In this document: positions 54,804-64,000 of the stretch, in pieces
How the letters are laid out: each line of letters starts with the position of its first letter
Position numbering within the stretch: the stretch's first letter is position 1
Assembly (NCBI GenBank): GCA_963769025.1
Contig: CAVYKI010000003.1
Span: 576,001 to 640,000, forward strand
Direction of reading: 5' to 3'
Source of the DNA: an uncultured Verrucomicrobiae bacterium
GTDB lineage: Bacteria > Verrucomicrobiota > Verrucomicrobiia > Chthoniobacterales > Chthoniobacteraceae
DNA length: 64,000 nucleotides
Position numbers and translations under genes: made by a program
Notes under the pieces: model-generated
What the model was told of the DNA's origin: nothing
What the model saw: only the letters and a program-made list of their open reading frames with translations
The model's database searches: none

Positions 54804-55108
54804 AAGAGCCGTCGGCCATTCCCAACCGACCTCCATGCACGCCATTTTGATCCTCAATCCCGCTCCAAGTCTCCCGGACATCCGTCCGGAACGCAGCCCC
54901 TCCACCATGCTCATTGGCGCCCGGGGATGTTGAATTCCCGCTCCCGGCATTCCGCAGACACGCGGATCGATCTGAGGATTTCCTGCGCAAGGCCCACCCG
55001 GTTCATCGCCATGCCGACAAGCACGCCCGCCCCTCCGGAGCCGCGTTCGTCGCACTGAGCGCCCGGCCATTTTCCCTGAAACCCAACCAACAACCCAACA
55101 CGCCAACC

Positions 55109-56075
55109 ATGAAACTCAAATCCACCATCCTCGCGCTCTTCGTCGCCCTCGCGACGACGCTCAACGCGGCGACGCTCAAAATCGGCTACTCCGACTGGCC
55201 GGGCTTCACCGTGCTCGAAGTCGCCAAGCAGAAAGGCTGGTTCAAGGACGCCGGCCTCGATGTCGAGCTCGTGTGGTTCGACTACCTGCCCTCGCTGGAC
55301 GCATTCTCCGCGGGCAAGATCGACGCCGTCACGGCCGTCGGCACCGATGCGCTCGTGAACGGGGCGAACGGCGCGAAGAGCAAGATCATCGCGCTGCTCG
55401 ATTACAGCGACGGCTCGGACATGATCATCGGCGCGCCCGGCGTGAACTCGATCAAGGATTTGAAGGGCAAGAAGATCGGCATCGAGGTCACGCTCGTCGA
55501 GCACCTGCTCCTGCTGAAGGCGCTCGAGGCAAACGGCATGAAGCAATCCGACGTGGAACTCGTGAAGACCGCGACGAACGACACGCCGCAGACGCTCGCT
55601 TCCGGCAAGGTCGCCGCCATTGGCGCGTGGTATCCCGTCTCCGGCCAGGCGCTGAAACAGGTCGCCGGCTCGAAGAAACTCTTCACAAGCGCAGAGGCGA
55701 AAGGCCTCATCTTCGACGTGCTCGCGGTGAGCCCGACCAGCTTTGCCAAGAACAAGGAGGCATGGACCAAGATCGTGGGCATCTACTACAAGTGCGTGGA
55801 TTACCTGCAGGACCCGGCAGACCAAGGATGACGCCATCAAGATCATGGCGGCGAAGGTCGGCGCGGATGTCGCGGAGTACGCCACCAACGTCCCCGGCAC
55901 GCATTTCCTGACGCTCGCCGAGGCAAAGGCCGCGTTCAAAAAAGGCCCGGGGCTCGACTCGATCTACGGCTCGATCGCCGTGGGCAACAAATTCAACCTC
56001 GATAACAAGGTCTACAAGGTCTCGCAGAAGCCGGAGAGCTATCTGTTGCCGAGCGTCGTCGAAGGCCTGAAGTAA
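55109..56075 (+). CDS. ABC transporter substrate-binding protein (SsuA/NMT1-like, urea-carboxylase-associated); frameshift near 55820
   Basis: Signal peptide; GYSDWPG, DYSDGSD; operon context. Confidence 0.88.
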
Positions 56076-56092
56076 CCGGCACGGGCGAGGGC

Positions 56093-57165
56093 ATGGCGAA
56101 TCGCGACTGGCTGGGATTGAAGAGCGAACTGCCGCAGCGGCGGAAGTTCGCGCTCGTCATCCTGTCGTTCGCCGTGCCGCTCGCGCTGTGGTGTGCGGTG
56201 AGCTACGTGCCGTGGCTGTGGCATCCGCATGTCCGCGTCACCGCGCCGGGCGACGTGGACTATTTTGTCGAGGACATGGAGCTGCCGCGCGCGGACTTCC
56301 AGCAGGAGCTGGAAAAGGTCCGCGCGGCGGGCGGCACGTTGCCGGAGGGCATCCGCGTGAATCCCATCTACCTGCCCGCCGCCGCACAAGGTCGCCATCG
56401 CCTTCTACACCGCGTTCACCACGGAGCCACGCCTGCCAAATGAGCCGTGGCTGCACGAAAGCCTCGGGCACAGCATCCGCACGATCCTGTCTGGCGTTCC
56501 TGCTCTCCTCGCTCATCGGCGTGCCGCTCGGCATCCTCTGCGGCACGTACCGCTTTTTCTCGCGGCTGCAGGAGCCGTTCATCGAGTTCTTCCGTTACCT
56601 GCCCGCGCCGGCCTTCGGAGCGCTGTGCGTGGCGATCCTCGGCATCGATGACGGGCCGAAGATCGCGATCATTGTCATCGGCACGTTCTTCCAGCAGGTG
56701 CTCGTGATCGGCAACACCGTGCGCAAGGTCGATCCCGCGCTCATCGAAGCCGCGCAGACGCTCGGCGCGCGCGGCTGGCGGCTCGTGCGGCGCGTCGTCA
56801 TCCCGGCGTCGATCAGCGACATCTACACGGACATGCGCATCCTGCTCGGCTGGGCGTGGACTTACCTCATCGTCGCGGAAGTCGTCGGCACGATGTCGGG
56901 CATCACGTTCTTCATCAACCAGCAGGCGCGCTACCGGAACTTCGACAACGTCTATGCGGCGATCTTCATGATCGGCATCATCGGCCTCACGAGCGACATG
57001 CTGCTCGCGGCGCTGGGCAGGGTGATTTTTCCGTGGAAGCGGCGCGGCGGCGGCTCGGGGAAAACTCTCCTCGAATGGATGCGCGAGCCTGGCTCCGCGT
57101 TTTCAAAGCCAAAGCGCAAACCGGCGCTGGCTCCCGCGGCCGCGACGGAACTCCCGAAGGCCTGA
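56093..57165 (+). CDS. ABC transporter permease (frameshifted)
   Basis: EPFIEFFRYLPAPAF, LIEAAQTLGA (EAA loop), GWAWTYLIVAE. Confidence 0.9.
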
Positions 57166-57168
57166 CCC

Positions 57169-58076
57169 ATGTCGCTCCACTCGCTCGAACTTCCCGATTA
57201 CCGCGAACAGGCGCCCGAGGTCGCCGCGCGCTTCGCGAAGATCCGCCAGCGCCCCGTCGTCCTGAGCGTGCGAGGCCTGCGCAAGGACTTCGGCGCGACC
57301 GGCAGCGCGCACACGGTCTTCGACAACGTCTCGCTCGACATCCACCGGCGCGAATTCATCACCGTCATCGGCCCGTCGCGGCTGCGGAAAATCGACCTTC
57401 ATCCGCATCGTCGCCGGGCTCGACGACGCGACCAGCGGCGAGATTCTGCTCGATGGCAAACCCATCCACGGCCCCGGCCCGGACCGCGGCATGGTCTTCC
57501 AGGGCTACACGCTCTTCCCGTGGCGCACGGTGAAGCAGAACGTGATGTTCGGCCTCGAAATGCGCGGCGAGGGCAGCTCCGCCGCCGAGTCCGAAGCCCG
57601 GCAGTGGCTCGACATGGTCGGCCTTTCGAAATTCGAGAACTCCTACCCGCACGAGCTGACCGGCGGCATGAAGCAGCGCGTCGCCATCGCCCGCGCGCTC
57701 GCGAACGAGCCGCGCATTCTGATCATGGACGAGCCCTTCGGCGCGCTCGACGCGCAGACCCGCGCGCAAGATGCAGAGCTACCTGCTGCAGATTTGGAAA
57801 AAGGTGAACGTCACCATCCTCTTCATCACCCACGACCTCGATGAGGCCGTGCTTCTCTCCGACCGCATCCTGGTGCTCGGCGTGAATCCCGGCGGCGTGC
57901 GCGAAGTCATCGAGAATCCCGTGCCTCGTCCGCGCAGCGCCGGGCAGATGCTCACGCCGGAGTTCCTCGCCGTGAAGCACCGGCTCGACGAACTCATCCA
58001 CGGCCCCGTCGCCGAACAGGAGGAGGAAAAGCTGCCTGTGATCAAACTGACTGACGCGGGCGACGAAGTGGAGTGA
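57169..58076 (+). CDS. ABC transporter ATP-binding protein (TauB/SsuB-like; frameshifted)
   Basis: [48 protein letters not shown]. Confidence 0.9.
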
Positions 58077-58088
58077 CCTTTCAATCGC

Positions 58089-58805
58089 ATGCCAACCGAA
58101 CCCATCCTCTTCGAAGAACTTCTCCCCGGCGGCGGCCTGTGGTCGTGGGTCCTGCGACGCCACACCACGCTCCGGCTCACGGACCTCGAAGGCGGCGCAA
58201 ACGTCGGCCTCATGGCCTGGAACGCCGACGCGCCGTCCGACCGTCTGAACATCCCCGACACGCTCAAGGCGCAATACACCGCAAAGCTCACTCGCGGCCA
58301 CGTGCTGATGAGCGACATGGGCCGCGCGCTGCTTTCAATCACCGCCGACACCTGCGGCTGGCACGACCCGCTCGGCGGCCACGGAAACGCGGCGCTCGTG
58401 CGTGCGAAATACGGGGAGAACGATTACCAAAAGGCCCGCAACGACTGGCATCGCAACGCGCACGACAATTTCCTCATCGAGCTCGGCAAGCATGGCCTCG
58501 GCGCGCGCGACCTCGTGGCGAATGTGAATTTCTTCAGCCGCCTCGACGCGGACGACGGGGGCCGGCTCGCGTTTCACGCCGGAAACTCGAAGGCCGGCAC
58601 GACCGTCGATCTGCGCGCGGAGATGAACGTGCTCGTCGTCCTGAACACCTGCCAGCACCCGCTCGATCCGAATCCAAGCTACGCGCCAAAGCCGATCCAA
58701 CTCACGCTGCTCAAGACGCCGCCGCCGGGCGCGGACGACTACTGCCGCAATTTTCGCGGCGAGAACCAACGCAGCTTCATCCTCACCGAACGCTACTTCG
58801 CATGA
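58089..58805 (+). CDS. Urea carboxylase-associated DUF1989 protein (carboxyguanidine deiminase subunit A-like)
   Basis: [37 protein letters not shown]. Confidence 0.88.
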   Translation: MPTEPILFEELLPGGGLWSWVLRRHTTLRLTDLEGGANVGLMAWNADAPSDRLNIPDTLKAQYTAKLTRGHVLMSDMGRALLSITADTCGWHDPLGGHGNAALVRAKYGENDYQKARNDWHRNAHDNFLIELGKHGLGARDLVANVNFFSRLDADDGGRLAFHAGNSKAGTTVDLRAEMNVLVVLNTCQHPLDPNPSYAPKPIQLTLLKTPPPGADDYCRNFRGENQRSFILTERYFA

Positions 58806-59450
58806 GCACCCTCATCTACACCGAGAGCGCACTCGACCCCGCCGACGCGATCTACGATTTCACGCTCCCCGCCGGCGACGGCTGGATGCACGAAATCAAG
58901 CGCGGGCAGACTTTCCGCATCGTCGATCTCGAAGGCAATCAGGCCGCGGACACGCTCTTCTACAACGCGCACGACATGAGCGACCGCTACACCGCGCAGG
59001 ACACGATCCGCGCGCAGTCGGCGATCTATCTCACGACTGGCACGAAGCTCATGTCGGGCGAAGGCAACGTGCTGCTGACCATCACCGCCGACACATGCGG
59101 GCGGCACGACACGCTCGGCGGCGCCTGCGCGACGGAGAGCAACCAGGTCCGCTACGCGCTGGACAAACGCTGGATGCACGCCTGCCGCGACACCTTCATG
59201 CTGCAGGTGCATGCGCTGGGGCCGCGGCGCGTCGAAGGCGGACATCACGCACAACATCAACTTTTTCATGAACGTGCCCGTGACGCCCGACGGCGGGCTG
59301 TCCTTCGCCGACGGCGTGAGCGCGGGTGGCCGGTACGTGGAGATGCGCGCGGAGATGGACGTGATCGCGCTCATCTCGAATTGCCCGCAGCTCAACAATC
59401 CCTGCAACGCCTATAACCCGACGCCCGTGCGGCTGCTCATCTGGAACTGA
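58802..59450 (+). CDS. Urea carboxylase-associated DUF1989 protein (carboxyguanidine deiminase subunit B-like; frameshift near 59212)
   Basis: [46 protein letters not shown]. Confidence 0.9.
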
Positions 59451-59456
59451 ACCGGA

Positions 59457-62400
59457 ATGTTTACGAAAGTCCTCATCGCCAATCGCGGCGAAATCGCCTG
59501 CCGCATCATCCGCACACTGCGAACGCTCGGCGTCGCATCCGTCGCGGTGTATTCCGAGGCGGATCGGCACGCGATGCACGTGAACCTGGCGGATGAAGCC
59601 GTGTGCATCGGCCCGGCACCGGCGCGGGAGAGCTATCTGAATGCGGACGCGCATCCTCGAAGCCGCGCGGCAGACTGGCGCGCAGGCGGTCCATCCCGGC
59701 TACGGATTCCTCAGCGAGAACGCGGACTTCGCCGAGGCGTGCGAAGGCGCGGGGATCGCGTTCATCGGGCCGACGGCGGAGCAGATCCGGCGCTTCGGGC
59801 TGAAGCACACGTCCCGCGAGATCGCGGCGAAATGCGGCGTGCCGCTGCTGCCGGGCACCGGCCTGCTGGCGACAGTCGAGGAGGCCGTCGTCGAGGCGGA
59901 GCGCATCGGTTTTCCGGTGATGCTGAAGAGCACGGCGGGCGGCGGCGGCATCGGCATGCAGCTCTGCGCACACTGCGGACGAGCTGCGCGAGAAATTCGA
60001 GACGGTGCGCAGTCTCGGGCGAAGACAACTTCAAGGACGACGGGCTGTTTCTCGAAAAGTTCGTCGACCGTCGCCCGGCATGTCGAGGTGCAGATCTTCG
60101 GCGATGGCCGCGGCAACGTGATCGCGCTCGGCGAGCGCGATTGCTCGACGCAGCGGCGCAATCAGAAGGTCATCGAGGAAACTCCCGCGCCGGGCCTCAG
60201 CGAGGAACAGCGCGCCGCGCTGTGCGAGTCGGCGGTGCGGCTCGGACGCGAGGTCGGCTACCGCTCGGCGGGCACGGTCGAGTTCGTCTTCGATGCGCAG
60301 GCGGGCGCCTTCTATTTCCTCGAGGTGAACACGCGCCTGCAGGTCGAGCACGGCGTCACCGAGATGGTCACCGGGACTCGATCTCGTCGAGTGGATGCTG
60401 CGCCTCGCCGCCGGCGAGCCGCCGGATTTCGCGAGCCACCGGCACGAACCGCGCGGCAGCTCGATCCAGGTCCGCATCTACGCGGAAGACCCCGGCAAAA
60501 ACTTCCAGCCCAGCTCCGGTCTGCTCACCGAGGTCAGCTTTCCCGAGAACGCGCGGTGCGATCACTGGATCGAGGCCGGCACGGAGGTATCGCCATTTTA
60601 CGATCCGCTGCTCGCCAAGCTGATCGTCCACGCCGACACGCGCGACGCGGCGATCTCGGCAGCTCGGCGAAGCGCTCGCGGCGACACGCATCGAGGGCAT
60701 CGAGACCAATCGCGATTACCTCGCGGCAGGTCGTCGCGAGCGCGGCGTTTCGCGAAGGCGACGTCTTCACCGGCATTCCTGCGCGACTTCCCCTATCGCC
60801 CGCGGACCATCGAGGTGCTCGACGGCGGGCACGCAGACGACCGTGCAGGATTACCCCGGCCGGCTCGGCTACTGGGCGGTCGGCGTGCCGCCGTGCGGGC
60901 CGATGGATTCGCTCTCGTTCCGTCTCGGCAACCGGCTGCTGAACAATCTCGAAGGACGCCGCCGGTCTGGAGATGACGATGACCGGCCCGACGCTGCGCT
61001 TCAACGTGCCGACGACCATCTGCCTCACCGGCGCAGACATGCGCGCGAAGCTCGACGGGCAGCCGGTGCCGTACTGGCAGCCGGTCGAAGGTGAAGCCGG
61101 ACAGACGCTCGCGATCGGCGCGGTGGATGGCCCCGGCGCGCGGACGTATCTCACGGTCGCGCGGCGGATTCGATGTGCCGCAGTATCTCGGCAGTCGCGC
61201 TCGACCTTCACGCTCGGAAAATTCGGCGGCCACGCCGGGCGCGCGCTGCGCGCGGGCGATGTGCTGAAATTGCGCTATCCCGACGCGCCCGAGGTCGAAG
61301 GACTGAGCCTGCCGCTCGAACTCGAGCCGCACCTCACGCACGAATGGGAAATCGGCGTGCTCTACGGCCCGCACGGCGCGCCGGATTTTTTCACCCGCGA
61401 AGACATCGCGACGTTCTTCGCGACCGAGTGGAAGGTGCATTACAACTCCGCACGCACCGGCGTGCGGCTCATCGGGCCGAAGCCGCAGTGGGCGCGCACG
61501 CGACGGCGGCGAGGCCGGGCTGCACCCATCGAACATCCACGACAACGCCTACGCCGTCGGCGCGATCGATTTCACCGGCGACATGCCGATCATCCTCGGG
61601 CCCGATGGACCGAGCCTCGGCGGATTCGTCTGCCCGGCGGTGATCGTGCAGGCGGAGCTTTGGAAAGTTGGACAGCTCAAGCCCGGCGACACCGTGCGCT
61701 TTCTGCCGTTGAGCGCCGAGGCCGCCGCGGACTTGCGACGGCTCCAGGATGCCGAGATCGCACAGCTCGCAGCGCAGCCCCACGCCGCGCCCAGAACCCA
61801 TCGCCATTCCCGCCGATGCCGCGCTCCGTCGCGACCCGGCGCGCGACGGTCTGCCGGCGATGATCTTCCGCCCGCAGGGCGACGATTACCTGCTCGTCGA
61901 ATACGGGCCGATCGTCCTCGATTTCGAACTCCGCTTCCGCGTCCACGCGCTGATGACGTGGCTGGAGCAGCAGCACATCGCCCGGCATCATCGATCTCAC
62001 GCCCGGCATCCGCTCGCTGCAGATCCACTTCGACGCACGCAAGCTGTCGCGCGCGCGGAACTGCTCGACGCTTCTCGACCCGCGGCGAAGCCGAACTGCC
62101 GCCACTCGACGACGCTCGAAGTGCCGACGCGCATCGTGCATCTGCCGCTCTCGTGGGACGACCCCGCGACGCAGCTCGCGATCGAAAAGTACATGGCCAG
62201 CGGTGCGCCCGGATGCGCCGTGGTGCCCGAGCAACATCGAATTCATCCGCCGCATCAACGGGCTCGACTCCATCGAGGACGTGAAGCGGATCGTCTTCGA
62301 CGCGAGCTACCTCGTCCTCGGCCTCGGCGATGTCTATCTCGGCGCGCCGGTCGCCACGCCGCTCGATCCGCGGCACCGGCTCGTGACGACGAAATACAAT

Positions 62401-63078
62401 CCCGCGCGCACGTGGACGCCGGAGAATGCCGTCGGCATCGGCGGCGCGTACATGTGCGTCTACGGCATGGAAGGGCCGGGCGGATACCAGTTCGTCGGCC
62501 GCACGATCCAGATGTGGAATCGCTGGCGCGCCACCGCCGATTTCGACGGCAAGCCGTGGCTGCTGCGGTTCTTCGACCAGATCCGCTTTTACCCGGTCAC
62601 CGCCGACGAGCTGCTGCACCTGCGCGAGGACTTCCCGCAAGGCCGCCATAAGGTGCGCATCGAGGAGACGACCTTCCGCCTGCGCGACTACCACCAGTTC
62701 CTGCACTCCATCGAAGGCGATGCCTCGGCCTTTAAGGCGAAGCGCGAGGCCGCCTTCGCGGCAGAGCGCGAACGCTGGCATCAGGCCGGCCTCGATGCCG
62801 TTCCCGCCGAGCCGGAGCCGGAAGTGATCGAGGAACAGCTCAGCATCCCGCCCGGCGTGAGCGTGGCGCGCGCACCGCTGCCCGCAAACGTGTGGCAGGT
62901 GCTGGTGCAGCCGGGCGCACGCGTGGCGGCGGGCGACAAGCTCGTCGTGCTCGAAGCGATGAAGATGGAAATCGCCGTGACCGCACCCGAGTCTGGCGTC
63001 GTGACCGAAATCCTCTGCACGCCCGGCAAGCAGGTATCTCCCGGCCAGGCGCTCTGCCTCATCGAAAGCGGTCAGTGA
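59457..63078 (+). CDS. uca: Urea/guanidine carboxylase (biotin carboxylase + carboxyltransferase + BCCP), frameshifted
   Basis: [61 protein letters not shown] biotin site. Confidence 0.95.
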
Positions 63079-63206
63079 CGCTTTGCATGGCACGCGTCCG
63101 CCGTCGCATGACCTGAGCTCGCGGCGAGGCGGAACATCAGGACTCTGCATTTGCGCCCCAGTCCCCGGGTTGATTGAATCAGCCGTCATTCCCCTGCCCT
63201 CGCCCC

Positions 63207-64000
63207 ATGAACCCGCTCCCCATGCTCGCAGCGCTTGCCGTTTGCACCGTCGCCGGAACCGCAGCGGAGCCGTTTCGTAAAACGCTCATCAGCACGCGCG
63301 ACAATGTGCGCGTGGATGAAGTGACCATCAGCGGCAAGGAGGTGACGCCCAAGCAGCCCGGTTGGTCGGTGAAGAAGCTGACGCTCCACGGCGGCAAGCA
63401 GGAGGGCGTGGATGTCATCGTCGTGGACAACGGCGCGCTGCAATTCACGGTGATCCCGACGCGCGGGATGGGCGTGCTTTCGGTCACGCGGGGCGACGTG
63501 CGGCTCGGCTGGGATTCGCCGGTGAAGGAGGTCGTGCATCCGCGGCACATCAACCTGCAAAGCCGCGGCGGGCTCGGTTGGCTCGATGGGTTCAACGAAT
63601 GGATGGTGCGCTGCGGACTCGAGAGCAACGGCCATCCCGGCACGGACAAGTTCATCAACAACGTCGGCGACGAGGCGACGATGGACCTGACGCTGCACGG
63701 CAAGATCCAGAACATCCCTGCGAGCGAAGTGGAGGTGGTCGTGGATCGCGAGCCGCCGCATCGCATCCGGATCCGCGGGCGCGTGGACGAGCGGATGTTC
63801 TACGGTCCGAAGCTGGAACTGCAGACGGAGATATCGACGGAGCCCGGCGCGGGCGCGTTCCGCATTTCGGACACGATCACGAACCGCGGCGCGGAGGAGC
63901 AGGAGTTTGAAATCATCTACCACGCCAACTACGGCCCCCCGCTGCTGGAGGAAGGTTCGACCTTTCTCGCACCCGTCGCGAAAGTCACGCCGTTCAACGA
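63207..64000 (+). CDS. Aldose 1-epimerase-like protein (DUF4432), runs off window end
   Basis: [49 protein letters not shown]. Confidence 0.8.
   Translation, partial: MNPLPMLAALAVCTVAGTAAEPFRKTLISTRDNVRVDEVTISGKEVTPKQPGWSVKKLTLHGGKQEGVDVIVVDNGALQFTVIPTRGMGVLSVTRGDVRLGWDSPVKEVVHPRHINLQSRGGLGWLDGFNEWMVRCGLESNGHPGTDKFINNVGDEATMDLTLHGKIQNIPASEVEVVVDREPPHRIRIRGRVDERMFYGPKLELQTEISTEPGAGAFRISDTITNRGAEEQEFEIIYHANYGPPLLEEGSTFLAPVAKVTPFN

Noticed and set aside
54804..55108. Known guanidine-I/II/III riboswitch
   Set aside because: The conserved cores were not found by eye, so it is not called without a covariance-model search.
50..63078. Widespread pseudogenisation or programmed frameshifting
   Set aside because: Many single-base frame breaks affect unrelated genes, with no in-frame stops or motif decay seen. 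Long-read indel error explains this better; read polishing is needed to confirm.

Overview
High-GC bacterial DNA. Gene content (DUF1501, DUF1549/DUF1553 planctomycete-cytochrome proteins, A/C-rich leaders without Shine-Dalgarno sites) points to the PVC superphylum, probably Verrucomicrobiota; this is an inference. Many genes are split by single-base frameshifts, which looks like an unpolished long-read assembly rather than real pseudogenes. Layout: (1) 1-17.5 kb, PVC-type catabolic cluster (2x DUF1501, PSD1/PSCyt protein, NHL lyase, 2x ceramidase-like hydrolases, SDR, MFS transporters, class V aminotransferase, amidohydrolase, ArgE-like). (2) 17.5-35 kb, secreted hydrolases, L,D-transpeptidase, USP, a CheB/CheR + PAS kinase + LuxR signalling cluster and a large PDZ protein. 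(3) 35.5-48 kb, minus-strand urtABCDE-ureJ-ureABC-ureEFGD urea operon with a sigma-54-type promoter. (4) 48.5-54.6 kb, mixed genes including an AEP-primase-like protein overlapping a TIM-barrel gene. (5) 54.8-63 kb, sigma-54-driven ABC transporter + DUF1989 pair + urea/guanidine carboxylase. The most striking feature is inside the urease operon. A GxxExxY (PD-(D/E)XK-like) gene sits between ureB and ureC, its start is built from an 8-bp-period repeat arm, and three ~90-100-bp hairpin elements with the same arms and unique loops lie nearby. One of them is translated in frame inside UreC. Other highlights are a five-fold amplified helix in UrtE and a sequence motif shared by the leaders of the two nitrogen-uptake operons.
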